Shown here one piece after another: positions 1 to 13,555 of a stretch of 64,000 bases of DNA. The notes under the pieces are model-generated. The model was not told where the DNA came from. It was given only the letters and a program-made list of their open reading frames with translations, and did no database searches. The first letter of the stretch is position 1. Every line of letters starts with the position of its first letter. The position numbers were made by a program, and so were the translations under genes. Source of the DNA: Octopus sinensis (taxonomy: Eukaryota); assembly GCF_006345805.1 (NCBI RefSeq), contig NC_042998.1:94488001-94552000 (forward strand), in the 5' to 3' direction.

Positions 1-753
1 CACTGTAGAGAATGATGAAAATGTCAATAAAACACCTGAAATGTTTGTTTTGATGCACATTGTATTTTCAATCAGTATTTATTACAAGTAAAATATATAA
101 CTACGCTACAGAAAGAGCAAAATGGAAAGAGAATGCGTTTTCTACCATTCAGTTTATAAGCTTTGTTCCACCCCCCACCCCCTAACCAATTAATCATTAT
201 AGAAATCAGTGGTCAGAAATAAATCAAATTTTCAACCCAAATGCTTAATACAAGCCTGTTACTTCACTTTAATATATTATTGGTTTTTTTTTTTGTTGCT
301 TGTTATAGTGGACAGTGAAATGGAAATGGCTACAAATTTTCTCATTAAGCTTTTTTCTTTTTTTTCTTCTTTTTAATTTATATTTTTATGGTTTAGGTAC
401 AGGTATGACGTTGTGGTTAAGAAACTTATTTCCTGACCACTAATCTTCAGGCAAGTGTCTTCTGCTATAGCCCTAGGCCCACTTCTGTGTGGATTTGGTC
501 AGCAGGAACTAAAAGATGTTGTGTGTGTGTGTATACACACATGTATATATATTATATATTTGTGTGTGTGTGTATACATATATATATATATTACATGCAT
601 ATTTTGAATATATAGTTTTTGTCTCTTACTCTCCCTCTCTCAATATGTGTGTGTGTGCATGTTTATGAGTGAGTGTGTACGAATGTGTATGTTTATATTT
701 ATATGTATGTATGCTTGTCTAGTTGCGCTATATGTGTTTTGTTTTACTCTACT

Positions 754-879
754 TCATTGTGCTGGAAAGTATATTGAGGTGTAGGTGACGTGTGAATAAA
801 ATTCTTGAAAGTTCAAATTCTTTCTGTGATGTTTTTGCGGCTTTGTTAATCCCATATAGAAGTTTACAGTTGTTGAATA
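754..879 (-). mobile_element. Possible decayed Penelope-like element (GIY-YIG endonuclease) fragment
   Basis: Minus-strand frame reads YSTTVNFYMGLTKPQKHHRKNLNFQEFYSHVTYTSIYFPAQ*. This loosely resembles the YIG(L/Q)T...R...H part of PLE GIY-YIG domains. Similarity judged by eye only. Confidence 0.3.
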
Positions 880-1521
880 TTATTTCTTGCTTTTATTTGA
901 TGTCCTACTCATCCATGATTTCTGTGGAATCTTCAAATCGCCAGCTGTTCCATTCCCCACTTACTCATCTATATAATTACTTTGGCTAAAAATTCATTTA
1001 TATTATTTGCTTATTTTTTATATACTTTTTATGTTATTTTTTTTTTTTACTTTATCTAATTTACTTCTTATTTGCTTATATTGAGGATGGTCAATTCCTT
1101 AAATTCTGTCTAGCACTTAATATAAAGCAATACAATATATCACTACTTTTATGGAACAAATCAATCTAATTTTGTCCAATTTCAGCCTTCCGTACATTGT
1201 GTATGTAAAGAGTAAATTTTGTGAGAATATTTAAAGTGGAATTGTTGTAGCCCTGATGTTCCAGTGTGATCTGTTGAGTTAGCTTTTTGTATTTTCATTA
1301 ATTTGTGACTATGCATATGCATTTTATACTGCTGATTACACACATCAATACAGATATCTGTGCATAATTTCTTCCATACTGAAATTAATATTACATGAAG
1401 AAGGTTGTGAAATGGCCATAATTCCATGGATGCCATATGGTTAAATAAAGAAACTTATATTTACCTCTCATACCTTCTGACTTTGCTTTTATATGCTCAT
1501 GGAATAATTTCATCTGCTATA

Positions 1522-1760
1522 TAAAAAGCATTGGTGTGGGTGCTGGTTTCACGTAAAAAGCACTGGTGATGGTGCCACATAAAAAGCACCTAGTACACTC
1601 TGTAAAGAGGTTGGTGTTAAGAAGGGCATCCAGCTGTAGAAACCAAGCCAAAACAGACTATGGAACCTAATGTGCCCCCTGGCCTTGCCAGTTCCTGTTA
1701 AGCTGTTCAACTCATGCCAGCATGGAAAACAGACATTAAATGTTGATAACGATGATGATG
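1522..1760 (+). mobile_element. 5'-truncated RTE-type LINE/SINE 3' tail
   Basis: Two 'cacgtaaaaagcac' modules, then 'gaagggcatccagctgtagaaac', 'catgccagcatggaaaacagac' and a (gat)n tail. Same tail as the RTE copies at 9804-10475 and 42580-43130. Confidence 0.75.
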
Positions 1761-2956
1761 AACATTATATTACACTTCTTTGTAATTGATTATTATGTGA
1801 ACTGATAACCATATTCTTAAAAAGAGCTTTCTGTGACAGATGCATGATTCACTGAATCTGTATCTTATACTACATGTATGTGTATGTATGCATGTATGTA
1901 TGTATGTGCATATATACATTGATACATACCCTTGTCAAGACATCATGTGACAGTTGTAAATGTGCATTCTCATCATACAAGCTATGTTGTTCATTTCCAG
2001 TCTGTCTATGGGAAAATATTACCTTGCCTGGAAATGGATGAGGTTTGGCATTCGTCTTTAGAACATCTGCTTCATCAAATTCCATGATCCATGCAAGTAT
2101 GGAAATGTAGACGTTAAATAATGATGGTAATAATTTTTATGGTTTAATTACAGAAATATACAGTAATCTTTTGCCATATTGCTGTTTATTATTTAAGCTT
2201 ACATCAATTCCTCTGTGGTGTTACTTTGCATTTATAATAAAATAAATATTTACAAATCATTAAAATAATTAAAAAAAATTTTTTTAATAATTTCTACTTT
2301 GTGGATTTTCACCTATCATGGTGGTTTTGGAATATAACAACTGCAACAGTTGAGACATTACTGTATGTTACCATTCATAGGGCCATGAAACTTGTGGAGT
2401 TGGGATGAAGGAGGGAGAAACCTCAGTTATTCTTGGCTTGAAGATATAATCTGATTGAATGTTTGTGAAAGAATGGAAACTGTTAAAGATACACAAGGCC
2501 CAGTGGTGGTGATAACAAATAAGCTTATCACCAGAGAATGTGGACAGGAGACAGTCCATTTGATAGGCTTACTTACTGACATAGTAAGTCTTATTAATGT
2601 CCCTCACATGGCATGGGTCAACCTGAAAATGTAGGAGAAAAATACTTGCCCAACATATGCAATAAAATTGAACATGGAACCACAAGGTTATCTTGTTTGT
2701 TTTATCTTTAACTTGGTTCAGTCTTGGGACTGTGGCCATGCTGGGCTTCCCTTGAAGTGTTTGCTTGAACAAATTGACCTTGGTACTTATTTTTAAAACC
2801 TGGTATTTTGTCATTCCCTTTTGTTGAACCACTAAGCCAAGGGGGTTATAAACAAAGCAGTATTGGTTGTCAAGTGATGGTAGGGGGCCAACACAATACA
2901 TACACATTTTATATATATATACTAACACATACACATATTTTATATATATATATTAG

Positions 2957-3345
2957 ACTACCTGTGACCCGTTGGGTCACCAACAGTTCAAGGTACGAGA
3001 AAAAAACCATGTGTCTTGGGAACCTGTGGTCCAATTTATGCAAAACTTGTTTTATTCTGTTTGTATTCACATTTCAATGGTACCTTTACTTTCAGAGTAT
3101 TTTCCCAGTATGTGCCAGTTTGGCTATTTATAAAGGTTTCACTGCTTAAATTTGTGGAAACAAACCACCCAAAAATGCATATCTCAGGAATCTGTGGTCC
3201 GATTTACACAAAACTTGTTTTATTCTATTTGTATTCCCATTTCAGGGGTAACTTACTTTGAGACTATTTTCCCATTATGTGCCAGTTTGGCTGTATTAAA
3301 TTACAGACAAGCAAGTAAGCAATCACAGAGTTTTAGTAATATATA
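2957..3345 (-). mobile_element. Non-autonomous Helitron-like element with internal ~110-bp direct repeat
   Basis: GC-rich hairpin gtgaccc-gtt-gggtcac (2964-2980) lies a few nt from a terminus reading ...GGTAGT on the minus strand. Direct repeats at 3014-3125 and 3182-3292 (period 168). Both flanks are (TA)n. Confidence 0.5.
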
Positions 3346-4166
3346 TATATATATATATATTGGGTCATCCCATAAATAATAAAAATGACAACTTCAATCT
3401 AGGCTTCCATCTACCAAATTCATTCACAAGACATTGGTTGACTTGAGACTGTAGTAGAAGACACTTAAGTAGGACACAGCCATGCTGCAGTCTGAACCTC
3501 ATCTGGGAGCATGTGGAAAACAAGATATAAATCACAGTAGCATAAAAAATTTTCTGAAAACCTCTGCTGGACCATCTGTGCTTTGGAAAATGGTGCTTAT
3601 TGATTGATAGGATTGGAGAATGATTTTCGAATCATTGGCTTAAGAACAGAATTGACTGTTTCTGACTTCAGGAGACAAAATATAGATTTTTTTATTTTTC
3701 ATTTTGTGGAATCTATAAAACTGTTTATATCTAATGATCTGCCCCTCATTTTTTTTTTAATTAAAATTAGTTTAATTAGTAAAAACCAAATCTTGATCTT
3801 AACATTATCTTTCCGTAATTGTTCTTTTGTTATATTTTTTCCTTCTGAATCATCCGTGTTTATTTGGCTCAAATTAATTTGGAAGTTTTGCATCCTAATA
3901 TAAAGTGTTATGAATGACAATCTAGTTAATAGTAGGACTTGCAAATTTTCACATACATACATCGATATCTTTCGTTTATAATTTATTTATTTTTTGGGGG
4001 AAATGGTAACTATCATTTTATAACATACTGCTGTTGCTAGCTGAAAGCTTTGTTGTTTATAAGAGTGATATTCATAGAGGGCCTTTGGGATAATTGTGTA
4101 TATGTGCATAGAAGAACATAGTTGTGTTGAAAGAATGCCGTATCACACACACACACACGCACACAT

Positions 4167-4330
4167 GAGTGGCTGTGTGGTAAGTTGCTTCCTTACCAAC
4201 CACATGGTTCCAGGTTCAGTCCCACTGCGTGATATTTTGGGCAAGTGTCTTTTACTATAGCTTTGGGCCAGCCAAAGCCTTGTGGGTGGATTTGGTAGAG
4301 GGAAACTGAAGAAAGCCCGTTGTATGTGTA

Positions 4331-4409
<79 letters not shown>

Positions 4410-4623
4410 GTGTGTGTGTGTGTTTGTGTGTCTATTTGTCCCACCATCATTGTTTCATAGCCAATGCTGGTATGTTTATGTCCCCATAACTTAGCGGTTC
4501 AGCAGAAGATCCCGGTAGAATAAGTACTAAGGCTTACAAAGAATAAGTCTTGGGGGTCAATTTGCTTGACTAAGGTGGTGTCCCAGCATGGCTACAGTCA
4601 AATGACTGAAACAAGTAAAAGAA
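4167..4623 (+). mobile_element. tRNA-derived SINE, family A (octopus OK/OR-like), internal microsatellite, tail type 1
   Basis: Head 'gagtggctgtgtggtaag...ggttcagtcccactgcg' (B-box-like), internal (GT)/(TA)n, tail 'tagaataagtact...cagtcaaatgactgaaacaagtaaaaga'. Many homologous copies in the window. Confidence 0.85.
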
Positions 4624-4670
4624 TATATGTATGTATATATATGTATGTGTATATCATCATCATCGTTTAG

Positions 4671-4715
<45 letters not shown>

Positions 4716-6883
4716 TTTGTGTGTGTAGTGTTTGCTCCTCATCATTGCTTGACAACTAGTGTAGGCTTGCTTATGGCCCCATAACTTAGTGGTTCAATAA
4801 AAGGTAATGATAGAATAAGTACCAGACTTGAAAAACAATTTTGGATTTTATCTCCTTATGCTGAACTGTGGGCAAGTGTCTTCTATAATGCTGGGCTGAG
4901 CAATGCCTTGTGAGTGACTTTGGTTAACAGAATCTAAGGGAAGTCTGTTACATATGTGTATGAGCCTGTTCATCTATGTGTGTGTATGTGCATGGATGTT
5001 GATGTCCCATAGTTTTATATGAGTAAAAAGTAGTGAATGATGTTTAGATCCTTTCTTAATATTATGACTGGTCCCAACACTCATCATAGAATTAAAAAAA
5101 ACCCTTTACTTGGAAGACAGATACAATGACAGGATTGCTAATAAGGAATGCATCTGGCTGTCAAATCTTACTTAAAATGTATCTCTGTCCAGGCAATGCT
5201 AGCATGGAAAAATGAGCATTAAACATATAAACATGTGTGTGTATGTGTGTTTTATCCCATTATCATTATTTAATGTCTATGTTCCATGCTGGTATGGATT
5301 GGATGGTTGAAGTCCATTGTTTTGGCATAGTTTCAACACCCGGATGTTCTTCCTATGGTCAACTACTTCAGAGTGCATTGGGTGCTTTTTTCATTGTGTG
5401 TGCACACATACATATTACTTGCACTAGTAGTGAACATCATTGTTTAACATCCATTTTCCATGCTAGCATGGGGTGGATGGTTTGACAGGAACTGACTGGA
5501 CAAGGAGTCTGTCCAGACTCCAATTGTCTGTTGTGGCATGGTTTCTCTGGTTGGATGCCCTTCTAATGCCAACCAATTTACAGAGTGTCAGTATTGATAG
5601 CACAAATTAGAGAAAAAGATACTCAGAGCATCCATGTATTTTGAAGAGAATGTTACTGAGCTTGCAAGATTAAAATGAGACACAAGGAAAGAAAAGTCCA
5701 TTGATATTAAAAATCCTTTCAAATGTTTGACTTAGATACATACACCCACACATGAGTTGCAATCTTGTAGGAGTAGGATTATGCAAATACGAAAATTTGA
5801 ATATAGCTATAACATTGTTATGAGTGTTCTCTCTGCTACTAATCAATAAATCTCGATTAGGATTGGGAACTGAAAATATTGGGCAGACTTTTGTACCAAG
5901 TTTATATCTCTGAATTTATGGTCTTGGAACTTGATGACCATATGGCCCACAATTCAACATATTGCATCACAACCTTGTCAACTCCATTTAACATGAAATA
6001 TAAAGGTTTTGTTTTTAAATGTAGCAATTTTCTTGCTCCCTTTCTCCTTTTTAATTGTGTTAAGCCTCTGAAATGCATAGTTTTTAATGTTCTAAATGAG
6101 TTAGTCTAGTGTGACCCCCCCCCCACTACTATTATTATTGTTATATTCTCTGGAATATGTGAAGTAGTGATGAAAGTATTGTGTTGATAGTTCATTTTAA
6201 TGCATGCTGTCCTAAATATAGTATTATATCAAATGTATATAGTAACTCTTCTTTTTACTTTCTTTCAAAAAAGTAAACATCTCATACCAACAGGGGTTTT
6301 GGGGTACTTGTGCTTATTTGCTTTCAATATTATTCCTAAGCAGTTTGTCTGCAGAGTTTACAGAGTTTACATAACTGTATAGAAAAGATTAGTTTTTCTG
6401 GCACTTGTTATATGATGCCACAGGTATAGAAGAAGAATTGTATATGCTGCCGTCTTGGCTGATTTCCAAGATTTTCATAGATGTATTCTTAGGAAGTCTA
6501 TGAGTTTCTGCCAGATAGCTTCTACCTTCATACATTGTTGAATGTTTGAACTATTTTTCTCAGTGAAGGAAATATAACTAAGTATTGGTTTATATCTTTC
6601 ACTGACTGACAGTACTTTATTAGTAAGTCTGTGCAGTACTCATAAAGTTGTCAATCCTTTTAAGGAGCAAATGAATGCAATACTTTGCTGTTTATTTTGA
6701 ACTTTGGAAGAACCCAGTCTGCTTGATCAGTTTTGCATAACTAATCCATCATAGATATTTTTCCTCTTACGTATCTACTTTTTAGGCTGTAGAAGTATCC
6801 CTTTTCATCTATTTTGTGGTTTTAGTGATTTTACTTTTTAAGAGAGCTCACTTTGTTGCTTTTGTTTGTAACTAATCCTTGAC

Positions 6884-7102
6884 TAAGGTAGAGAGCTGAC
6901 AGAATCATAATTGTGCCGGACAAAACACTTTGCAGTATTTCTTCTGTCTTTACAATCTGAGTTCAAATGCTGCCAAGATCCACTTTGCATTTCTTCCTTT
7001 CACGGTCAATAAAATAAGTACCAGTTAAGCAGGAGGAGTAATGCAATCAACTAGCACCCTTCTTTCAAAGATTTCAGGCTTTGTGCCTATAATAGGAAGA
7101 AT
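6884..7102 (+). mobile_element. tRNA-derived SINE, family B (Meta-domain-like core)
   Basis: Head 'taaggtagagagctgacagaatc', B-box-like 'gagttcaaatgc', core 'tttgcatttcttcctttcacggtcaataaaataagtaccag', similar to the MetaSINE/Sauria-type central domain as I recall it. Confidence 0.7.
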
Positions 7103-8446
7103 TTATCCCTGTCACTCTTGACCCATGAGCAATGCTTTTGTATGTTTCTACCCATCACATTCTATGTCCTGTGTAATGTAAGTTTTATTTTTAACTGCTT
7201 TACAACTCTGATTACAGGGGGAAAATAAAAAGGAAAAATGGAAAAAATAGAAAAACAATTATTTTTAAAATAGTATTGTCTTGTCTAGACTGTTTTATTT
7301 GGAAGCTTACTCGGTTCTTTTTAATTTAAACTTAAAATTACGAAACTGGCTGTTGCAGTTTGTTCATCAGCAGCAGTCCGCTATGGTATTTCCCAAATAC
7401 ATTAAATGCTAGAAGCATTGTTTGTATTTATTGATTAGAAATTGATACAATTATGTTAAAAGGAGGAGAATAAAAGTAAAATAAAATAAATGCTGAAGAA
7501 ATTTTAGGATCATTGGATATTTTCAAATTTTTACTAATATTAGCATATTTTTCTCTTAAGATACGTAAACAGATTTTTAGGATTTGAAAATTGCTTGTAG
7601 TTCTATTCAAAAGTGAAAGTGCCAAATCTAGATAGCTGAATTTCTTTTTCTTTTTTAAACTTTTATTTATTAGAAAGATACAATTTCATTTTTAAACAAA
7701 GAAAGAATTTGGTACTATTTTAAAACTTCTTTTCAGGAAATAGAGACTAATACCATTGTTATGAAGCTGCATAACTTTGTATGGCTATAATTGTTGTAGT
7801 TAATTTGTTATATAAATTTATGAAGTGAAATGTTGCTTCTTTGGCTGAAAATACTGCCTTTGATGATGTATGGGATTAAGCTTTTGTAGGAAGGAAACTT
7901 ACTATGTTATATTTTGTAAGAATTGTTTCTAACACAGGCACAAATCCACAGATTTGGTGGAAGTAGTTAATTGATTAATCCTTTTGATACCAGTCTGCCT
8001 GAGACCACTCTTGGTTCTTTTATATAAGTTTCTTGTTTAAAAGTGATTTAAGTTAAAGCTATCCATTAAAATTTCATCAGAAGTATTTTACTAAATTCTT
8101 CTTTTTTAAAAAATAATTGATAAAAATGGTGGCAGTGTTATTTCTATAGAAATATGGGTCCCAAAGGGATTAAATTGATCTCACTACTTAACTGGTACTT
8201 TATCAACCCTGTAAAGATGAAAATAAAGTTCACCTGACAGGATTCGAGTGCTGAAAGTACCGGAACATATACCACATGGCATTTTGTTTGATGTTCAAAT
8301 GATTTTACCAATTCAAGATACTTTTGTAATAACACGATGCTGTAAATTTTTAAACAACAAAATTGTTTATTTATCATTGATTCTGTGCTAAGTACATTTG
8401 GATACCATTAACATATAAATCTTCTCTTGGAATATAGACAGAACCC

Positions 8447-8756
8447 TTAAACGTTTAGCATTCAAATTACTCTGTCAAATGTAATGCTTATTTATTCACA
8501 TTGTTTTCATTTAATCAGGCATTATCTCACAGTCTTTAAGATTTGAATGATGTCATCATCATCATCATCATCATTTAGCATCTGCTTTTCATGCTGGCAT
8601 GGGTTAGACAGTTTGACTGGAACTGGTAAGCTGGAGAGCTGTACCAGGCTCCAGTCTGATTTTGGCTTCGTTTCTACTGCTGGTTGCCCTTCAATATAGC
8701 ATTGTATGGTGGATATGAAAGGCCAGATATGGCTGGTTTAGCTGCCGAAGGGTTAA
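8447..8756. mobile_element. piggyBac-type (TTAA) MITE interrupted by an RTE tail
   Basis: Starts 'ttaaacgtttagcattc' and ends 'gaagggttaa'. An inverted RTE tail starting with (cat)n occupies about 8550-8700. Confidence 0.55.
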
Positions 8757-8789
8757 ATTCTCTCTATGTAACTGTCATGCTTTGTGTGG

Positions 8790-9165
8790 TTACAAGTTTG
8801 TTTCCCAGCCTCATGGTTCTGGGTTCAGTCCCATTGCGTGAGCCTTGGATAAGTGTTCTGTAATAAGCCTCAGGTCAACTAAAGCCTTGTGAGTAGATTT
8901 GGTAGATGGAAACTGAAAGAAGCCTTTGCATATATGCATGTGTGTGTGTGTGTGTGCATGTGCCTATGTTTGTCTACCACCATTGCATGACAACTGGTGA
9001 TGATGTTCTTATGCCCCCATAACTTAGTGGTTCGACAAAAGAGACCAATAGAATAAGTACTAGGCTTATAAAAAAATAAGTACTGGAGTTGAATAATTTT
9101 ACTGGAATTCTTTAAGGCAGTGCCCCAGCATGGCCACAGTTTAATGACTCAGATGAGCAAAAGAG
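8790..9165 (+). mobile_element. SINE family A, tail type 1
   Basis: Co-linear with 4167-4623 and 39951-40330. Confidence 0.8.
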
Positions 9166-9803
9166 TGATAATCAATTCTTATTTATTTAATTACCCTCAT
9201 TCCATAGCCATTCTAAGTTTTCATGTTGCCAACATCACAATATTTCATTATTTCACAAACTTTTGTTTCTCATTGGGAAAGCTGAAAGGGAACATCTAGA
9301 TATGTAGCCAATGAATTTACTATTTAAGCAACAAACTCTGTAATCTAATTATTTCATCATCTTTATCATCATCCAATGTTTAAATCCAAGTTTTGTCCCT
9401 GTTAATGGGGGTGGATGGATCTACGTCAATGCCTTAGCAACTGAGGCAGGCAGGTGCAGCCCACCTCAACCTTTGGGCTGGCTGGTGCCCATTCTACCTT
9501 ACTATCATGAGGCTTTTTTGGAGCTTGATTTTCTACGGGAAACATGCCCTTGCTTACCCCAAACCTCAGTTTCTAGACATGAGTGGTCCCAAGACCAAGG
9601 ACGCTGCCACGATTTTTAAGAAATGTAGTGGGAAACTAGCTCAGGAAGGCAGGAACACTACTCCTTGAAACCCCTTATAGAGCCCTGCTACCTATTTCAT
9701 CATTAATATATGTTTTCTGAAATCTAAACAACTATCAATCTGTAATTTATTTTCTGAGTTAAGTCACGAGCATAGCCATGCAGTCAAGAAGTTCACTTTG
9801 TCA

Positions 9804-10475
9804 CATCATCATCATCATTGTTTAACGTCCACTTTCCATACTAGCATGGGTTGGACAATTTGACTAAGGACTGGCGATCCAGATGGCTGCAATAGGCTCC
9901 AATCTGACCTAGCAGAGTTTCTACAGCTGAATGCCCTTCCTAATGCCAACCACTCCGAGATTGTAGTGGGTGCTTTTACATGCCACCGGCATGAGGACCA
10001 GTCAGGCATTATGGCAATGGCTACACTCAAATGGTGTTTTTTACATGCCACCAGCACAGTGGCACTGGCAACGACCTCGTTCAAATGTTTATTTACGTGC
10101 TACTGGCACGGAAGCCAGTTTGCTACTCTGGCAACGATCATGCTTGGATGGTGCTCTTAGCGCTCCACTAGCACGGATGCCAGTCATCGAATTTGATTTC
10201 GATTTCACTTGCATCAACAGGTCTTCACAAGCAGAGTTTAGTGTCCAATGAAGGAAAGGTACGCATGAGTGGGCTGGTTACACCCCTGGCATAGGCCACG
10301 ATGTTATGGTCTCACTTAGCTTGCCGGGTCTTCTCAAGCACAGCATATTTCCAAAGGTCCCAGTCACTAGTCATTACCTCGGTGAGGCCTAATGTTCATA
10401 GGTCATGCTTCACTACCTCATCCCATGTCTTCCTGGGTCTACCTCTTCCACAGGTTCCTTCAACCATTAGGGTGT
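9804..10475 (-). mobile_element. 5'-truncated RTE-clade LINE (ORF2 C-terminus + 3' UTR + (GAT)n tail), nested in a SINE head
   Basis: Coding remnant at 10312-10473, followed by a 3' UTR homologous to 42580-43130 and a (cat)n tail at 9804-9818. The host SINE head is split at about 9803/10476. Confidence 0.9.
10312..10473 (-). pseudogene. RTE LINE ORF2 C-terminal remnant
   Basis: Translates TLMVEGTCGRGRPRKTWDEVVKHDL*TLGLTEVMTSDWDLWKYAVLEKTRQAK*. Carries the GxRxRGRPRKTW motif typical of RTE-clade ORF2 C-termini and one internal stop. Confidence 0.85.
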
Positions 10476-11663
10476 AGGGTTTGCTCTCACTGCATGGCTC
10501 TCTGGACTGGTCACTTCTACTATGGCTTTAAGCTGACCAATGCTTTGTGAGTGGAATCGCTAGATGGAAGCTATAAGCTCATTGTGTGTCTGTGTGGATA
10601 TGTATATGTGCATGTGTAAGTTGTGTCTTTTTACTTGTCTTTCATTATCTTATTTCGAAATACACTGCATTTATTTCAATTATTTTGAAAATAATGATTA
10701 ATTTAGTAACTGTCTTTACTAAGATGGTTTTTGGATCATGAAATTGACATGAAATTTTAATGGAAGATTTTAATTTCAATCACTTAAAATTGGGGAATCT
10801 GCATCCTGTAACCAAAGGTGGTTTCATGCATTTTGGTATCAAAAGGATTAAAACGATATCACCCATACATGTAAATAGTGTCATTGCTTACAATTTTCTG
10901 TGAAAACGTGTTTGGCCATTGAGCTTGTCATTATTCAATGTGAAGGTCTCTCTCTCTCTCTCTCTCTTGTCAGTTTCCATCTATTAAATTGGCTACCGAG
11001 GCTTTGGTTGGCTCTTAGCTATAGAAGTGACCTGTGCAAGGCCCCATGCAGTGGGACTGAACCAGAAACCATGTAGTTGGGAAGCAAACTTGTTAACCAC
11101 ACAGCTGTATTTACATCTGTCATGCAGATATTTTTGTAGAATTGGTTGTTGCTTAGACTACACATATTTTTTCCCAAACCACCAGACATGTATATGTTTA
11201 TCATAGGCTTACACCCCTATCTTTTAAAAATTTAATAGCATTAATTTAATCTCAGTATTTTATTTTTATTTCAGGTGCCATGCTTGAGAAAAATTAAACT
11301 TCATAAATTGCTTTCCAAGAATGGATAATAAACAAAGCATTAGGTTGGTGCGTATTTTCTTTACATTTTTATTTTTCTACATTAGATATTGCAAAAAAAA
11401 AAAAAAAAAGTAAAGTAAAATAACCCAGCCCTATAATAATAATTTGATGATAGTTATACACAATACTTTTCTTTTTATTTACTTCAGGTACCCCTCTGAG
11501 TATTTTAGAAATTTATATTTTAATGACTTGATGGATGAGCAAAAATATATACAACACCATTTGTTTCACAGTTAGCTTTAATGTCAGGGCTGAGTACTGT
11601 CACAGTAATACTTGATAGTCTAAACACATCTTATAGGGCAACCCGATAGGCTGTTTGATTTTT

Positions 11664-12024
11664 TTGTTACCTCCGCTTTTGCTGAGGCAGAGGTATTGTT
11701 TTCAGTCATGTTTGTTGGTTTGTTTGTCCGTGGACAAGATATCCCTAGAACCGCTAGATTGATTTGGATGAAACTTTCAGAGATGTTTGGCCTCGTGACT
11801 GACACAAACTGATTAGATTTTGGGATCAATCCAGTACCAGACAAGGATTCTGGATTATTTTTCCTGTTTTTTTGAGAGTGGTCGGGTTCATTTTTAGTAT
11901 TCTCGTTTGTGAGAGCAGTCAAGTTTATTTCAGATATTTTTATTTTAAAATCATCTCCAGCTAATCGTTGAGAGGATGTTGGTGTTGCCTTGGTGGAGGT
12001 TTGCGCTCTCTGGGTGCTCTTGTT
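11664..12024 (+). mobile_element. Helentron-associated non-autonomous element (HINE/DINE-1-like)
   Basis: 5' 'ttacctccgc...gcagaggta' self-complementary block (11667-11694), 3' sub-terminal inverted repeat 'ggtggaggt' (11992-12000), then short hairpin 'gcgct-ctctg-ggtgc' (12003-12017). T-rich flanks. Confidence 0.65.
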
Positions 12025-12164
12025 TGTTATTGAATTCAGATAGTTTTCTTTGCTGTATTATTTTAGTTATTTTGTCCTATAGTTCCTAAATTTCTCAATG
12101 CTTAAGACAAAATTTTTTTTTTCAAAATGTTGTATGGAAGGATGCAGTTGTGATTGTATAGTAA

Positions 12165-12495
12165 AATGGTTGTGTGGTTAGAAGTTTGCTTCTCAAGCAT
12201 ATGGTTTTGGGTTCAGTATCAGTGTGTGATACCTTGAAGTAATACAGCCACAGGTTGACCAAAGCTTTGTGGGTGAATTTGGTTGAAGGGCACGTGATAG
12301 TGTCACCATCATACAAGCAGTGCCCTTTGTTTCCTATTTGTCTAGTTATGGGGAAATATTACCTTATTTAGAAACAAGTGAGAGTTGGTGACAGGAAGGG
12401 CATCCAGTAAAAAAAACAAAAAAAACAAAAGCTGCCTCAACAAATTCTATCTGATTCATGTAAATTTGGAAAAGTGGATGTTAAAATGATGATGG
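12165..12495 (+). mobile_element. SINE family A head with tail type 2 (RTE-derived 3' end)
   Basis: Family A head followed by 'ggggaaatattacctt...gacaggaagggcatccag...gaaaagtggatgttaaaatgatgatg'. Confidence 0.75.
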
Positions 12496-13329
12496 AGTTG
12501 AAAGAATGAATGATACAAGTAGATATAGAATCTAACACTTTGAAAGCTTGTTATGGGGTTATTTACAGGCATCTGTTGATAACTGCACAAAGGTATTTTT
12601 TTATCTAAATAAATTTATGTACTTTGTTTGTATATAATTAGCATCTACAATAAAATTATAACTAAGAAATACTGCCAAAAGGGAAAAAGAAAAAATATTT
12701 TGCTATTCAACTCTAAGCAAACAAAAAGCTGAATAGTTTCGTTACCAGCTTCTGTTAGTTTCCTTTTATTGTTGATATGACTAATATATCCTGGCCATAC
12801 TCACTGAAAACTATTATTATGGACAAATTCAAAGTATAAGCTGTAGTTAATGTGAGATTTCTAATTAGCCAAAATTGACATCAACTGAGCCCTCTTGATA
12901 CCAACCCACCTGAGACCAAACCTGTTTTTTTTTTCTTATATACAAACTTCATGTTTTAAAGTGATATAAATTGAAATCTTCATTCAAAATTCCATGTTAA
13001 GTTATGTTCCAAACACTAGCTTAGTAATGACAAATTTATTTTACTAAGTTCTTCATTATTTTCAAAATTAATTAAAACAAAAGCAATGTGTTTCAATGGA
13101 AATTTGGTAATGAAAGGGTTAACAAAGAAGTTAATTCTGTGATATGTAGATTTCTCATCAAAATAGAATTAGTTACATAATTATTACCCCCTTTAGATTT
13201 TTTTATGTGTAACAGAGAGAAAAAAAGCTGTTAATATTAAATTGTGTTCCATATATTGATAATCAAATAAATTGTTGTACCGATTTATATTTGATAAATT
13301 GCTGTCATCCATACATACAGGCTTGTCCT

Positions 13330-13555
13330 TTACAAGTGTTGATGCCACATAAAATGCACTCATGCCAGTGCTGTGTAAATGCACCAGTGCTGGTGGTATG
13401 TAAAAAGTGCCCAGCACACTTTGTAAGTGGTTGGCATTGGGAAGGAAATCCTGCCACGACAGACAATTGAAGTCTGGTCAACTCCATGTCAAACCATCAA
13501 ACCCATGCCAGCATAGAAAACATGTTAAACAATGACGACGACGATGATGATGATG
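13330..13555 (+). mobile_element. RTE-type 3' tail
   Basis: Three degenerate 'gccacataaaa(a)gcac' modules, 'aacccatgccagcatagaaaa' and a (gac/gat)n tail. Confidence 0.7.

Noticed and set aside
2340-2622. Minus-strand 46-nt unit 2577-2622 (VDPCHVRDINKTYYV) with strong splice sites, and a plus-strand frame ending at a gtaagt donor
   Set aside because: Conflicting signals on both strands within what looks like decayed LINE sequence; cannot be resolved without RNA data.
7338-7370. Minus-strand CTGATGA + 6-bp stem (AAACTG/CAGTTT) as a second hammerhead
   Set aside because: Followed by GTAA rather than GAAA, no G10.1-C11.1 pair, and no stem I/III.
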